This document shows, piece after piece, positions 12,891 to 27,959 of a DNA stretch of 64,000 nucleotides. Within the stretch, counting starts at the first letter, position 1, and every line of letters begins with the position of its first letter. Location of the stretch: assembly GCF_001194135.2 (NCBI RefSeq), contig NC_068998.1:26606942-26670941 (forward strand). Direction: 5' to 3'. Under the pieces are notes generated by a model that worked only from the letters and a program-made list of their open reading frames with translations, ran no database searches and was not told where the DNA came from. Made by a program: the position numbers and the translations under genes. Source of the DNA: Octopus bimaculoides (lineage: Eukaryota).

Positions 12891-14309
12891 AACCACTTTA
12901 CTGAGTGCATTTTCATGTGACACCAACTTTAGAGCATCTGAAATGACACATTAAATGGACCCCACAATCATATAGTTTCTCTACTCATTTCCCAAATACC
13001 TAACACTGAGTGCTGGATGCAGTCTCATGGGACCAGTTCTCATGAGAACTCACCATTCACTATAGAGGAAGCATGTTTAATTCCATCATCCTCTAGCACA
13101 GGAGACAGCATGCTTTGTACACCATAAATGTAAATTACTCAGTAATCTAAAGCATATAGATTGAGGAAGAAAGAGAAGAGGGAGCAAGGTGAGTAGAAAG
13201 GACAGAAACAAGGGGGAAGAGGAGTGTAATCGTTGAGAGAAACTCAGTAACCTTGGACACATCCATGTGCTCAGAGGAGAGAGGTAAGAGAGAGAAAGAA
13301 AGAAAGACATCAGAAAGACCAAAATGGGTGGAAGGTGGTAAGAGTATGATGGGGTAAGCAAGGATGTTTGAAGGTGGTGTTGATAAAGGTTAAATGGCAA
13401 TAGCAAAGGTGTTTGTGTATACACATAGACACACACAAATATATATATATGCATATGAACATGCACACATATACATGCATGTATACATGCGGGACACATG
13501 CATAATTATATGTATATATACACACACACGTGTGTGTGTGTTTCTATGTATATATATATGCATGTGTGTGTATTATTTTTACTTTGATATGTTATATTTG
13601 AAGAAATCTTTTTTATTTCCTTAAAATTTAAAATATTCTTTCCTAATTAGATTTTCAGCATTCCAGTTCTCTGTTTTTTTTTTTTTGTTTTTTTCTATCA
13701 ACATAATATGAATACACCATTATCAATTTTACCAATATTTAGTAAATGCCTACACTAATGCAGATGTCTTTATAACCTGTAAGTCTCCCAAACAAGAGTG
13801 AAATCCAGCAAAATTTTAGTTATAAATGTTGAAGTTTTATTGATTTAAAACCCTTGGGAAAAGCTAAAATTAATGTGCTGCACTAGAAAAAAAAAATCAC
13901 TGTAAAATCAATAATACAGGTTTAACATCTGTGCACTCATCTTTTATTCCACACCTAGATAACATTTTTTTTTTTGCTCCCCTCAATCACAACATCTATT
14001 TCCACTACATGTTCATATTTGAACATTTATTTTAATGTTTCTATAACACATAGAACAAGAACTGGTACTTCCTAATGGAATATTCTTCATTGTATGTTAC
14101 ACTTTTCCTAAATATTTTTCATCTTTTCATGAAAAAAAAATATAAATAAAGGCAGAATAAAGTAGCTGAATGTATTTATAATTCCATTTCAAATATTTTA
14201 GTGCCCAGCTATATCTGTCAGTATTGGTGACTCAATATTCCATCTATTTCAAGAGTTTTATGTATCCAACTCTTCCTTCCTCCTCCAAAACAAGTTTATT
14301 TAAGGGTTG

Positions 14310-14470
14310 CAGGTATAGCTACATGGTTAAGAAATCCACTCCTCAACTAAATATTTTTTATGTTTGGATCCCCTCTAGTCTTCACCTAGAGAAAGTGTTT
14401 TCTACCATGGCCTTGTGGTGACCAAAACCCCGTGAATGAAAATTGATAGATGGAAACAGTGCAGAAACTT
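14310..14470 (+). mobile_element. Degenerate SINE family A 5' half
   Basis: GCTACATGGTTAAGAA...TTTTCTACCATGGCCTTG..GACCAAAACCCCGTGAATGAAAATTGATAGATGGAAAC. Confidence 0.6.
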
Positions 14471-16002
14471 TGTTCAAGGTCATCTCTAGTAGAGTCCACT
14501 CTGATGCAAGTGCCTGGACCAAGTCTCCAGTTTCAGAGTAGCTTCTCCTCCTTCTTTAGAGAGTCTTGGAATCTCTCTAAAGAGTTGTTTGTACTGCTCC
14601 CCCTCCAAAACCATAAAAAAATTGTTAGCTAGACTACTTTCATTCTGAGCTGTTATGAAAGTGCCTCTGTTATACACTTTTGTCGATTTAGTCTTTTCTC
14701 ATTTATTCTTAGTACAGTTTCCAACCAACAAGCTCTTGTTATTCTTTGATGTTTCTAGTCACAAACTTCTTTACAATTATACTAACTTCTGAAAATGTCG
14801 GAGTTTTATAATATTTTGCAACTTCTCTTCTCTACTAACATGTATTATGAAATGTTGAAAACTAATTACACTAGTTATATAACAAGCAGAAAAGATGAAG
14901 AGGTCCTGCATGATTTTTTGGCTGGCAAGAAACTTTAATGCTTCTTTGATACCTGACATACTATATTATTCATCTTTCTCTGCACAAAGTCTAATGGCTA
15001 CATATAATATCAGTCATTTAAAGGGCTTCTCATCCCCACTTCTCTCTCTCTCTCCTTCTCTCTGACTCATTTTAAAACAATTGAAACTTCATTTCTCTTT
15101 ATTTCTTCCAACTTCCTGAGTTGTCTGTATTCACAATAATTATTGTCTATCTCTCTGTCAATTTCATACACTCACATAGGTATATATATACTCTCTCTCT
15201 CTCCCTCTCTTTCTCTCTTCCTCTCGCTGCCTCCTTTCCCCATTGTAACAGATGTTCTGGATAGGCTAAATATGCATGGACACTTGTTTTAGCTAAAAGC
15301 AGTAATAACATAATAGTTGAATGGAATATTAAATTTAAGCATCATCATGCCATCCAGTCAGGTTTTGATCATCACATTTCCGGTTTTATATTCTCAGATA
15401 TCTTAATGTGCCTGAAAACAGATAATAAACAGTGGACAGTTAGATCTTTCAACTACAGATTTTGAAGTTAAAATCAACAGTTCTATGTAACACAAACATC
15501 AGTCAAAATATTTGTATATGTGGCACCACTGTACTGTTATGACAAATTTAAATGTGACATTATCGATTCTGGTTTGTAAACATATATTGATATTTTGATC
15601 TAAAATTTGCATACTGGCATGGTATTTAAAATCTCTGTTCAAACTAAATAGAGTCATATGAACCAACAGTAGATTGTTATATGAACTTCTGTGCAATTAT
15701 TCAACCTGTTAGAAATCACAACCAAAATCAGCCTCACATCACACTGAAACATCTTGAACAAATGAGGACATATATAGTAATGTAGTTCTATGCCTTAAAA
15801 ATAATGGGATAATCACAGCTGGAATACTTTTAATCATAGGCTGATCCAGTTGGGGTTGACTTGGCAATAAACAAACAATACTATTAGATTCTCTTCATGC
15901 ATAAATAATTCTGGCATTAGATAAAAAAAAATATATTAGCTTTGCCACACATGGTTATACATACATACATGCATATATACATACATACATATATACATAC
16001 AT

Positions 16003-16130
16003 ATCATCATCATCACCATAATCATCATCATCATCGTCGTTGGTGGAGTTTGACATGGAGCTGGCTAGCAGGCAGCTGTCCAGACTACAAACTCTCTGTT
16101 GTGGCATGGTTTCTATGGCTGGATGCCAGA
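16003..16130 (-). mobile_element. RTE-type 3' tail fragment with (GAT)n tail
   Basis: (CAT)n followed by GGCATGGTTTCTATGGCTGGATGCC, as in the 7818-8180 element. Confidence 0.65.
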
Positions 16131-16184
16131 GACAGGTATAGCTAAATAGATAAAATGTTCACTTCTCAATCTTAAAATGTGCCA

Positions 16185-16525
16185 TCTTCAGCAAGTGCCT
16201 TTACTATAGCCTTGGGAAAGGCAGAAACTGTGTAGAAGTCTGCCAAGGGTACATGTGTGTGTGGAATACTCGGTCACTAGACCAATGAGTAGGCCATCCA
16301 GTTGATCAAGAAACTGACTATTCACCACATAAAGGAGAAGAATCCCCCTTATATCATCTTCAGCAGCATCACCATAGTTTTGATATCCACAATTGTGAGT
16401 TGGTGATAGAAAGGACATCCAGTCATAGAAAATCCACTGCAATGAATTCCAGCTGAGCCATATGTGCATGGAAATGTGGACATTAAAACGATGATGATGA
16501 TGATGATGATGATGATTACATGATG
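16185..16525 (+). mobile_element. Composite SINE-like element with RTE-type tail
   Basis: Starts with the family-A-like GCAAGTGCCTTTACTATAGCCTTGGG and ends GGACATCCAGTCATAGAAA...GCATGGAAATGTGGACATTAAAACGATGATGATG. Confidence 0.6.
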
Positions 16526-19500
16526 ATAATATAAGCAATATTGCCTGAAATACCCAATTTTATTATAGTAGAGTACTTGTTAAAATAATATTTAGATTCG
16601 TTTATGCATCACAAGAAATAAGTCTTTTGTGCAGGTTCTAGAGAGCTACACTACACAGAGTACAATACAGTTATATTTAGATACATCATTCCAGTTGATT
16701 TTGTCACCCTTGCTTCCAGGATTGATAAAAAAAACATTCTAATGAGTAGACAAAATGACGGGAATCCATTTGTAACATGTTTCTGCTTACTTGAACATGA
16801 ATATGGCTTATCACAGTTGGATTTCATCCTAGAAAACGACTTTTCCCTATAAAAGATATGTGTAAACACCACACTAGCTCTGGTGTCTATAGCAAGTTGT
16901 TCTCTGAGACAAAATCAAACATCAAAAACACATTCAAGAATGCAGAAACAATTAAAAAAGTTGTAAACATCATTATTTGGATAAGATAACTACTTCAAGA
17001 ATGGAGATTAAATTTGCCCCTTCAGCCTGGTACAATATATATATATATAGTATCTGCAGGCATGTGATGTGAGTGATGTGATCACATGATGTCATGTATG
17101 TGTATTTGAAATAGAAAATGGTGCTTTTTTTTCTTACAGCTAAAATTGTTAAATATTTGACTAGCATTTCTTGTTAGAATATATTTTACCTTTCTTTGAC
17201 ATAGAGTCCATTCTGAAACGTTAAACCTCCCCTCTTCCTCAAATCTTTTTAATTATTCCACTTTATGAATGTATTGTTCTTAACTATTTGTCAATGCAGT
17301 TCAACATGCTTCCTTCGATTCTACTGCTCTACTTTGTGTATAGTTTGCAATCTTACTATTTTGTCAGTACAATATTTTGTCCTACTTTATTCATAAGTAA
17401 AATATAAACATAAACTTAACAGTTATTGACATTACAAAAATAAATAAATTACACTGTTTGTGATTTTTTTTCTTTTTGAAAAAGCAGTCTTTTTATGTGT
17501 TTAAATTTTTCAGAGATAAATAAATTAAATTTGTTTATTGCTATTTTGTCTTATAATTTATTAAATTCTATTGCACCATTTTGTAATATAATTTTTTTCA
17601 AACTTGCAATGATAATTTTTCTGAACTTTATGCTGTTTATTTTTGTTCAGAAAAATTGTTTTTCATGAAGATGTTTGGCTTCCTTTCCTAAGGCACTGAA
17701 ATATTTTCACACAACTACCTCAGTTTCATTTCTTCTAACTTTGATTGCATAACAAATGCACTCTTTCAATTGTATTCAGAAACTTAACATAATTTTTTAG
17801 AAGGAAGTTTTGAAAAACTAGAATCTAATTAATGTTTAAAATACTTATTCAATTGATTGTTACTACTTCAAAAATGATAAAATAGTTTTTCATAATGAAA
17901 AAATGTAAACTGAAATAAAACCATAACACTATTTAGTTTTCAGTAACCCAAAGTTCAATTTTATCTTAGGAATGCTTTAGGCATCAGTAAATTCATTTTT
18001 GAATTGCTTTTATTATTTCATCTCCAAAAAAGGCTTTCATCTGCTAACTAGTAATCCATTTCAATTGTAGCTATAGAAGTTATACATAGTTTTGGTGCCA
18101 ATTTGCATGAATAGTTGTACTATAAATCTTTGCTTTTAAATCCATTTCTTCAGTCTCAATTAAATATTTGTGTGTTGAGATGCATTCAGATAATTAGTTG
18201 GTAAAATAGAAATTAGATGAACTTCCATAACACTTGTTTGATTGATGCTGAGAAAGAGAATCATTAAGGAGGAAACCCTTGCTTTGGTTAGTTTTGAAAT
18301 AACTGTAAGATGCCAGCTGCTTTCAAGCTAATTGTCAATGATAATTATTAAGAATAGGACACAGGTTGATTCCTATTGAAATCGGCAGACTCATTTCTAG
18401 TGGAGTACTGATTGTTAGGACCCTTGATCATAGTAGTTGCTATAGTTACACCATGATAAAATTAACCTTTTAGTTTGGGGGTATTTTAGAAAAGGAAATT
18501 TAGGGTGGAAAACAATAATAAAAGAGAAAACTAATAAACAAAGTAACTCAACAGATTCTTTACATTCTACATGTAATTAAAACTATTCAATAAAGTGTAA
18601 GAAACAAATAAAATATCACATGCCACATGAATTTCAATGAAGGGTTTAGTTCAGATAAAAATATTAAAATGCCATGCCAGATAAAAGGACATAGTTTGTC
18701 TAGAACAAAGTATGAGTTATAGCAATAAACAAGAACTGTGAACAATATTAGTGAGTAGGTGGATAGGGTAGAATAAATACCAGCCATAAATTGTTTTGAA
18801 TTAATTTTGAACTTAACAGCCTGTTACCCAATATGCTGTCAACTGAATGACTATTCTCCTTTCAAAGGATATATTTATTTCAAAATAAAAAAAAAAAATG
18901 TAGTCAAATTTGAGAAATAAATATGACAAATATTTTATACATACATTAAAAGTATTGCAAAACCATGACAACTAAAATGTATCAAATTGAATGGTTTACT
19001 AAACCATTCTCAATGCCAAACAGTCTACAGCTTAAATATTATTAATTGTTGTATTGCCCTTCTCTTGAATCACTATGTACAGTATTAAGCTGTGATAATT
19101 AATATATTTTAGAATAGTATAGAAATAAATGCTATTTTCAATATAAGAGTTCATTCAATGAAAGGATTCATACAGTTTTAGTTGTTATATTGGTAAAATC
19201 TGTAAACAAGCTGAAAATCTTAATAAATAATTTGAAAGATAAGAGTTTATTCATAAGAATGTTATGAAAACCAGAAAAGAAAACATTAAAATTGATCAGC
19301 CAATCAGATGAAATGTAATACTAATTTTATACAATCTGTATGATATAAGCAGCAAATAAAGGGGTAGATATTTAATGAATTGCTAATTGTAAGATAATTA
19401 GTTTCTCAAATTCATTGGTGTTGGAAATTTGAAAGAAAATTGATTACTACTTTTCTCTTCTGATTAGAAAAGGATTTCTACTGAAGATCAGAACTAATTG

Positions 19501-19651
19501 GGAACCAGGTTGTCAAATGAATTGATTACAGTAGTAGGTCACATTCAAGTATAAGTCAGACGTTTTTGGTTAGACAACGAAGAAATTGGTATGCTGTCCA
19601 TATTTGACAAATGCAACCAACTTGTCATCAAATAAAGCTCATCTGCTTCAG

Positions 19652-19883
19652 CCCTTTTATTACCCTATTTATGATGAACAACATTACCTTTATTTTGATT
19701 AATTTTGAAATTAATAAAGAATTCAGTAAAATAATTAAGCTGGTGTTTGGAACATGAATGAACTTGAAATGTCATTGGAAAGTTTTCATTTAAATAACTT
19801 CCTATTTAAATAATCAAAGAATTTGTATCAAAGAACCAAGGGTGCCAGCTTTTCAATAGATTTTATGATATTTAAGTGTAAAG
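19652..19883 (+). mobile_element. piggyBac-like non-autonomous element (degenerate copy)
   Basis: Internal similarity to 27960-28183 (TTAATTTTGAAA.TAAT.AAGAATT.AG.AAAATAA...CTGGTGTTTGGAACAT); TTAA at the right flank. Confidence 0.6.
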
Positions 19884-20149
19884 TTAATCTTACTGTTTAT
19901 AAATAAAATATTATTGGAATATTTTTCTCCTTTATAAATTCAACAAAAATGGGGAAAATGCAATTAGTAATTAATAGATTATTATCTGTCTTAAAGTTGA
20001 TATTAATGTCTAGCTAATAACTTAAACCATTTTATTCTCATCAGGTTTTTCATTTCTGTAGGCTAAACATTTTGGAAGAGAAACTTGGTTATTTTATTGC
20101 TCAGTGCACTAGCATATTAACCTTTCATATTTAATGATATTGATAAGAA

Positions 20150-20370
20150 CATCATTATTACCATAAGTATCATTTGATGTCTGAATTCCATGCTGGCATA
20201 GGCTGGACAAGTTGGCAAGTTCTGATGAGTCAGATGACTGTGTTGAGCTCTAATATCTGTTTTGGTAAGCTTTCTTTGGCTGGATGCTTTTCCTAATACC
20301 AACCACTTTACAGAGTGTACTGGGTGTATTTTTTGTGGCACCAAGTAACTCACAAGACAAGACCTCATGA
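20150..20370 (-). mobile_element. RTE-type 3' tail fragment
   Basis: CCATGCTGGCATAGGCTGGAC...TTGGCTGGATGCTTTTCCTAATACCAACCACTTTACAGAGTGTACTGGG. Confidence 0.7.
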
Positions 20371-21399
20371 GAGAGCTGAGTTGCAGTACTGAGAGAGGTA
20401 GTTTTATGTTTGGTATTGAGTGTCTATTAGGATAGAGACAGGAACAGGTATTTTGCTGTGGAGGAGGTACATTCTACTTTCTCTCTTAAATTCTGTTGTG
20501 ATCCCATTATATCTTTTGAGTGTCCAGTTTGCACTTTGTCAACTTATCAAACAGGGTTTAGTGTATTGTCTGTTTTCCTGTTATATGAATGAGATAATCT
20601 ATAGAAGCACCTCATAGAAATTGCACCTTTGTTGATCCAGTAGGCCTGATTTAGGAGCATAGTCAAGGATAAAATTTGCTGTCATATTTTCCAAGAATAG
20701 TCTAAGCTTAATTACCCAATCACACACTCAAACTAACCATTACTATGCTAAAAGTATGCCCCCCCCCGCCCCTACACATGCACACATTATTACTACTACC
20801 TACCTTGACAAATTTATACCTGTGTTCTTTGCTCATGAGGAGTCTGCTTGATGCTTAACTCAATCTTGCCACTTGTGTGCAGAACACATCTACATGCCTC
20901 CATTCTGGCATTTCAGTAATATCATCAGACCTACCTTTTATTGTGCTGATATTGACTGTGGTTGCTCTAAGTTTGCAAACTTGATAGGAAGGCTGTCAAC
21001 TTATCAACATATATGAAAACAGACCTGGTCTTAGTATGGAAAAGGAATGGGGCAACAATATATCATGTTCTATGTTTATTAGTGTCACCTCATACAAAAA
21101 TATACATCAATGAAGACAATGAGGATGTAGATTCGAAATAATAATATTTAATATATGCAAAAAAATTAATAATAATAATAATAATAATATAATAGAAGTA
21201 GTAATATTTTAGTAATAATCCCTTATTAGTGATGATAATGATAATAATAATAATAGAGACAATATTAAGTTCGATGTCATATGATGTAAGGATAGTAATG
21301 TATTCAATTAGATTGTTTTTGATTTTAGATATTGAAGTTACTTTGTTGCTTTTGCTCTTGGATCTCTTCTAAGAAGTTTTGCAGAAATTGTGACTTGAG

Positions 21400-21790
21400 A
21401 TTTTTAGGCATTCCACCAAAAATATTTTAAAGGAATGTGTGACAATTTTTTATGAGATGTTGTAGCTATCATTCAAATAATGGTTCCACCATTCTTAGAT
21501 TACATTCTTCAGTTACTAGCAGTTGTATCACACTTTGAATTCAATGATTGTTTTAAACTTAGGAGATCTATTTGATCATCATCTCAGAATATAGTTAGTT
21601 TTCTTACACTTAGTATTGGCATTTGTTTTTTCTATTTTCAACAACCTTGACATTTATTCCTAAACCATACCACCCAATTTCACTAGAAATCTATACAAGT
21701 AATAATATACTTATCTGCAAATAGTTTAATGCGTTCGTTTGCAACTCATCCATATGCTTGTTTATATATCTTATTTGAGACACTATAACA
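21400..21790 (-). pseudogene. Highly decayed CR1/L2-like reverse transcriptase relic
   Basis: - strand with one frameshift reads YINKHMDELQT/RIKLFAD, resembling the YINDL...IKLFADD motif, followed by a W...KC-like segment. Many stops. Confidence 0.3.
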
Positions 21791-23054
21791 GTTTCTGCTT
21801 AAATGTGTCATTCACATATATGATATGTCATCTTTTTTCAAATTAGTAACTCTGCACATCTATACAGCATGACATGCAGTGATCATAATCTATTATTATA
21901 GAGTGGTTTTATTCAAGAATTCTCTGATAAAGCCAAGAATCTCATATATGATATGTACATCATGAGATGTATCAAAATAGTTGTTTTGAAACCAAGCAAT
22001 GTCTTAAGCTGCTCAAAAGATTAGAGAACTCACATAACTGGTGTTAGAAAACTCTGTTTATATAATATTATATAAAATTAAGAAATAAATTGAATCTTAT
22101 TATATGATTTTAGAAAAGTAAATCAAACCAAAAATACTTTTTCTAATGATATCGATTAATAGAGTCCAGTTTTAAAAAGCTTGTCAATTACTAAAGAAAA
22201 CAGCGATAGAAATTCCCAGTAACTTTCTAGTTGCTCTCTAATTGATGTCATACTATGTAAAACATTTGACTAATTAAACTACTGAAGACTGAATTTTCAA
22301 AAGTTTGGCTGTATACCAGAGAACTTCTTAAGAAATTATGAGAATGACAATGCCAGTGATGACAGTGACAACAACGATGATGATGATTGTAACTATGACT
22401 ACAACGATGATGATGGTGATGATGACCATGATAAGAGTTGTTCAAGTTGATTGGTATTCTTTGGATACTAATTTATATTTTTAACTAAATGTTGACGTAA
22501 ATTAAAGAGTTCAACTTCTCATAACATTTTGTATCAATAACTTCAGCTGTCATATTGAGACTGACTAATGAAGAAAGAATATATTGGAATAAAAGTTTTA
22601 ATAGGCTTCTCATGATATTGATTTTCTGAGTGCATACAATCTAGTTTTTTATTTTCCTATTAACATAAATCTTATTACAAACAGTTATTTATGCTCCAAG
22701 GCACCTTTGTACTCTTAACCTTTCTTTTTTAGTATCATTTTCTATTTCTATTGGTTACACCAGTCAGATATAAACTGGACTGAGGCTGTATTTTATTTTT
22801 CTCTCTCAAATTTCAAGTGGCAGTCAATAGACTCATAAACTTACTTCTTTCTGCTTTTGTTCAAGAGTGTGAATCAATTTCAAAGAATACACGAATTGAC
22901 TTCAAAGACTACATGAATCTGTTTAGATGACTACAGGAATCTATTTAAAAACAGTACCAGAATTAAAAGTGGAATGCATTTCAATTAATACATTTTCAAA
23001 TACTAAAAAATAGTCACTTCTGAATATTAGAATTGCTATGAAGGTGACAAGATG

Positions 23055-23245
23055 ACAAAATCACTAGCATGCCAGACAAAATGTTTAGCAGCATTTCTTC
23101 TGGCTTTACATTTTGAATTCAAATTCTGCTGAGGTTGGCTTTGGTATTCATCCATTCAAAATTGATAACTTAAATACCAGTTGAACACAGATGTCAATGT
23201 AATTCACTAGCACCCCTCCCACAAAATTTCAGAACTTGTGATTGT
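23055..23245 (+). mobile_element. SINE family B copy
   Basis: CTAGCATGCCAGACAAAATGTTTAGCAGCATTTC...TTCAAATTCTGCTGAGGTTGGCTTTG...TACCAGTTGAACAC. Confidence 0.8.
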
Positions 23246-26200
23246 AGGTGACAGAAAAAGATTAGAATTAATATGAGTAAAATGGGTTTGGCATGTGATG
23301 GAGGTTTTGCAATTGGAGTATTTTACAGAAAGGCACAATTCAATAATGAATCGTGAAGAGTGGTTTATATTGTTAACCTAGCAGAGTGAGACAAGCAAAA
23401 GGATGTTTCTGACATAGGAGCACAACATAGTTGTAGTCAGAATTAACATCATGACAATATGGTCAGTAATGTAGTAGCATAGTCTCTTTGTTCCAAAGAG
23501 ATTGAGATTTCTTGACAATTAGACTTCATCTTTGGTGTGTGTATTTACACTATTTATACAGGCACAATATTTTGCCCTGTCTGATATACGGTATCATCAG
23601 TTCTTTTATTTCTTGATATGTACATGATCCCTGATTGGATTTGAACTGGGACCTGATAATTCTAAACTAAGAGAAGTGATGACCTTATCTGTTTAGTTGG
23701 ATGAGTGTAACTTAGTGGGCGATGTCATTACCACTTTCAGTTCAGTAATAAACATTCCTAGGTTGAAGCCAGCCTGAGACAACATACGAATCCAGAAATA
23801 AGTCACCTGTTGATACTAGGAGATCAAAACTAATAAAAATGTAGTTTAGATATAGATTAGAGATTAATAGTCTAAAAAATTTATTATATTTATTAGCTTC
23901 AACTGATCCTAGACATTTCATTGACAATGACAGTATAAAGAGAAAAAGTCAAAGTAATGACTGGTTTCACCTTGTGGTAATTGTGGTTTTTTTGTGTGTC
24001 TGTTTGTTTTGTTTTTAATGGTTGGGGGTTGTGAACTAAATACAAATTACAGAGTGTTGTGAACTAAATACAAAATACAGAATGTTGTTCATAAATTATG
24101 AGTTGTTTGTATGACAACACTGTTACAGTATAAATATAAAGTCAGTTTTGTCACATAAAAACTGGCAGTTATCGCTATCAATGTGTATTTATTAAACTAT
24201 TTTGCTCATTAGCTTTGGAAATTCTTTAAACCACTTTAGAAATGCCTGCCAATTAACTCACTCTATTATTTATTGTTAGCCAAAGAAGAAATCTTTTCAA
24301 TATTACCATCATGTTTAACAACAACAGCTCCCAGCAAGATAATTGTTTTTATGCTGATAACAATCAGAACAAGGCAGAAACATTGCTAGTAGAGAATAGA
24401 GAAGATCAAACTGAATGAATAATAGTCAGAACAGACAAGTACATGAATGAACAAAGAGCCAGTGGTGCTAAAATCAAGTGAACCAGAGATCATAAACCAA
24501 TTATATTTTGTAACAGATTTTCATAGACAAACTTGTCCATTCATAGGTTTCGAAGTAACTTTTTTTATTAGTTATGCTTTTTACACACTGCTTTTAATTT
24601 CTATATAATATGACAATATGATACCCACAAATTCTTTTTCTATCCTGTACAATAATTTTGTTAAGGAGACTTCTATATTGGTTTTTCAGTGTTGAAGACA
24701 CATCTTCCTGAAATATCAGCTTTAAAACAAGAATGTAGATGTTTAAAATCCTAAACCTTGCAACTGCACTTTACACAATAAAATGGAATGTAGATAGAAT
24801 TTTTAAAATTCAACTTAGACTGATAACATGAATATAGCATATCTTGGCTGCAGGACACCCAGGTATTTTTGATTGACTACCTTTGTGGTATGCTCCCCTA
24901 CAAATAACAAAACAATTAGCTTTATTACTGTGACAATAATCAGTAATTATTGTGCTTGGACCATTTAGTTAATCTGCTTCTGAAGAATCCACTTCATCAG
25001 TACCTATCTCCAGTTTCCATAATGTCCAGTATTTTCCCCTGGATAGAACGACAGGCCATCAAAGATAGTCTTTAGTACATGATGAAATGAGCTTAGGACT
25101 GCATACCAATAAAATACTTATCACTTCTACAATGTTGTTGTTGCTAGTGAATTACACATCTGTGGTGTCTCTCAAGAGTTAAATGTATTTGACAATCAGA
25201 ACCTATGTGCTTTAACTATAAATACAATGCAATGTTAATGACATAATATGAATTACTTGCTGTCAAGAACTCTGTGAATGTGGGCACCTCTACTTTCCCA
25301 TTTAACCAGATTAATGACTGTTAATCCAACTGACATGATATTTTTCATATATACTCATATGAACACAGTCCGAAATCATTATTTTGGAAACCACAATATG
25401 TCATATCTTAATGACAGTTAATATTTAAACTTGATTTGTTCAAATTTATACTTGATTGTACTTAAAAAATTGAAAATTTAATTAATTTTCTAAATTTTAC
25501 ACTTTGAAATGCTATGAAACAGGTTCAATTAGATGCAGTTTTCAAATAATATATTTATTTAGCCTAGTTGCTATATTTGAAAACTGCTCAGGGTTACTTG
25601 AACAGTAGCATACAAGGATTTACATGCAGCTTAGATCTTTCTCTCTATAAATTATTATTACTTCATCTTAACTTGTGTCGAACATCGCCATAGTAAAGTA
25701 GCATATGTATTCTTCATTATTTACATCTTATGTAATTTCTTGGAACTTTCTTGGAACCTCAACAGCTCTACCTTCTTTGATCAGTTCTGGTAAAGCAAAG
25801 GAAAACAAAAACTGATTCAAAGACTCTCTATAGATAAATCAGCATGATACATTTTTTTTAATATATCTTTTCCCCTTGAAGCATAGATATCAAGTGCCAG
25901 AAAAGCAAATGGGAGAAGCAAAAATAATTCCTTTGTTTTTTTTTTTTTTTTTTTTTTTTTNNNNNNNNNNTTTTTTTTCTTTTTTTTTTCCACTACTATA
26001 GCACATTAGCACCTTCATTCTCTGCTATGAATAATTCATAGATTTCTTACAATCACCTTCGAAATTTTCATTTCTTTCAAGCTTTTAAATCTTGAAAATT
26101 AAAGACCATTTCAGAAGTATTTTCTTCTTTTAGAATCACTTCCTTCATTGGATTGAAGTGAATGAGAAGAAAAAGATTGACAATAATCAATGTTTCCAAA

Positions 26201-27959
26201 GAATGGTCAATTTATTTATGACTTTCTACCTGACAGTCTTTTTTTTTTTTTTATCTTTCACATATATATGTTGAATATAAAATGGTTGGGAAAAAAGTGA
26301 TTTGGAAAATAGCTTCTCCAAATCAATTTTATTGCCCAGGAATATTTCAAACTAAAAATGGAGAAAAGCTATTTACTAATGCATCTTTTTAATCATATTG
26401 TAGAATATTTTTGTTTATTTTTTATTCATGTACATTTGGTGACTTGGTAACAGCATTAGCTTTATCAGTCATATGTTTTGAAAAGATAAAAGTCACTGGA
26501 TACATAGAAAGCTACTATGACCTATTCCATAAGAAATGTAAGCTCATTTGTGTACTACCATAAATGGATGTAGTAATCACATGAAGTATATGTCATCAAA
26601 ATACTAATGTGAGTGAAATGCCCACTGGTATAAAGATATGTTGAATTGTTTATCAGCATGGTACTTGTATTCTGTCTTTTAACTTTTTTTTATGTTGACA
26701 TATGTTGCATTCTTGAAGTTCAAATGTAATATGACTTATTGGAATACAAATAGTTCCTATTTTTCCTGCTCTCTCAACCATGGCAACAAAAATAATGTAT
26801 ATTGCTTTTAGACAATATTTCTGACTATGAAAATGTTCGTAATTTATAGCCTAAAACTGAAAAGCTATACTTCATTAACACTTAGTCATTTTACCTAATA
26901 TGTACCTTTTTAATAGCATCAACATTGTTCCCTGAACATTTCTCAACAATAAATCATATGCAAAGTTAAAAACTATTAAAACTATATATATTGATGCAAT
27001 CTGTACTAAGAAACTCATAAGATAGTTAAATATGAAATAACATACTTTTTTGCCAAGCTTATAAGAATCTAGAAACTTTGAGAGAACATGAAATAACTTG
27101 TTTTCAACAATCAAACTCAAAGTAAATTCACATGCAACCTTTGACTTTGTGTATCTAAATGGTTTTAACCTAATGTGTACATGCTCTTTTACATAGCATT
27201 ATCTACTTCAAGTTCAACTGTTAAAAATCAAATATTGTGTTTGTTTAATATATTATATAGATAGAGCTTGCTTAGTAAAAATGGTTACATGGAATACTTG
27301 AATAAGTTCTGATTGGAAATGTCTGCTGGAACCTATGACTTTGTAATGATCACAAAACTGATATCAAAAGAGAAAGGTGACAGTTTTTTAATAGGGAGTG
27401 CACAACATTTTATCTGTGGCTTTGGCTTAAGGAAACATGGCCTCATTATCAGAGGCTGGTAATATTGTTTAAAAGAATGTATTTTTGAACTATCATTGTA
27501 CCAAAGACACATCTTTTGGAATAGCAATTTCAACATGGTAAAATAAATGTGACAAGGGAATTCTGTATTCTTTTCACTGCTGCTTCCCTTTCATGTCTGT
27601 AGGAACTGAATGTATTCTGCTAATATAATTATCTGCTGGAATTCCTGAAATAATCTTTTATAAATAGATTCCTTTTCTAATGGAATATAATTGACTACAA
27701 AATGTTAATAAAATCTTCAGAGTCTGAAGTAATTTTTAGATATCCTGTATTCTATAATATCTACTGGTTGAAACTCATTAACATCTGTTTCTGAAGTTCT
27801 GGAAGCATTTGACAAATTCTTATTTGTTGAATACCCAAGTTCAGTTCTATTTAAGTAGAAGTAACCAACTGAATGCAATTGAATCAGTGCTTTGATTGTC
27901 ATTCATGCTGATCAATGTAGCAGTTAAATTCCCATCAACATTTTTCCTGACATGTTTAA

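Noticed and set aside
13520-13539. Perfect 20-bp palindrome ACACACACACGTGTGTGTGT
   Set aside because: Junction of (CA)n and (TG)n tracts; expected by chance in such microsatellite-rich DNA.
15942-22445. His-rich ORFs (15942, 16188, 22248)
   Set aside because: Produced by (CAT)n/(GAT)n tails of RTE-type repeats or simple repeats; no splice or codon support.
23255-23520. Possible RTE relic (KWVWHVME, cf. RWFGHVMR)
   Set aside because: Only one short motif is recognisable; too weak to call.
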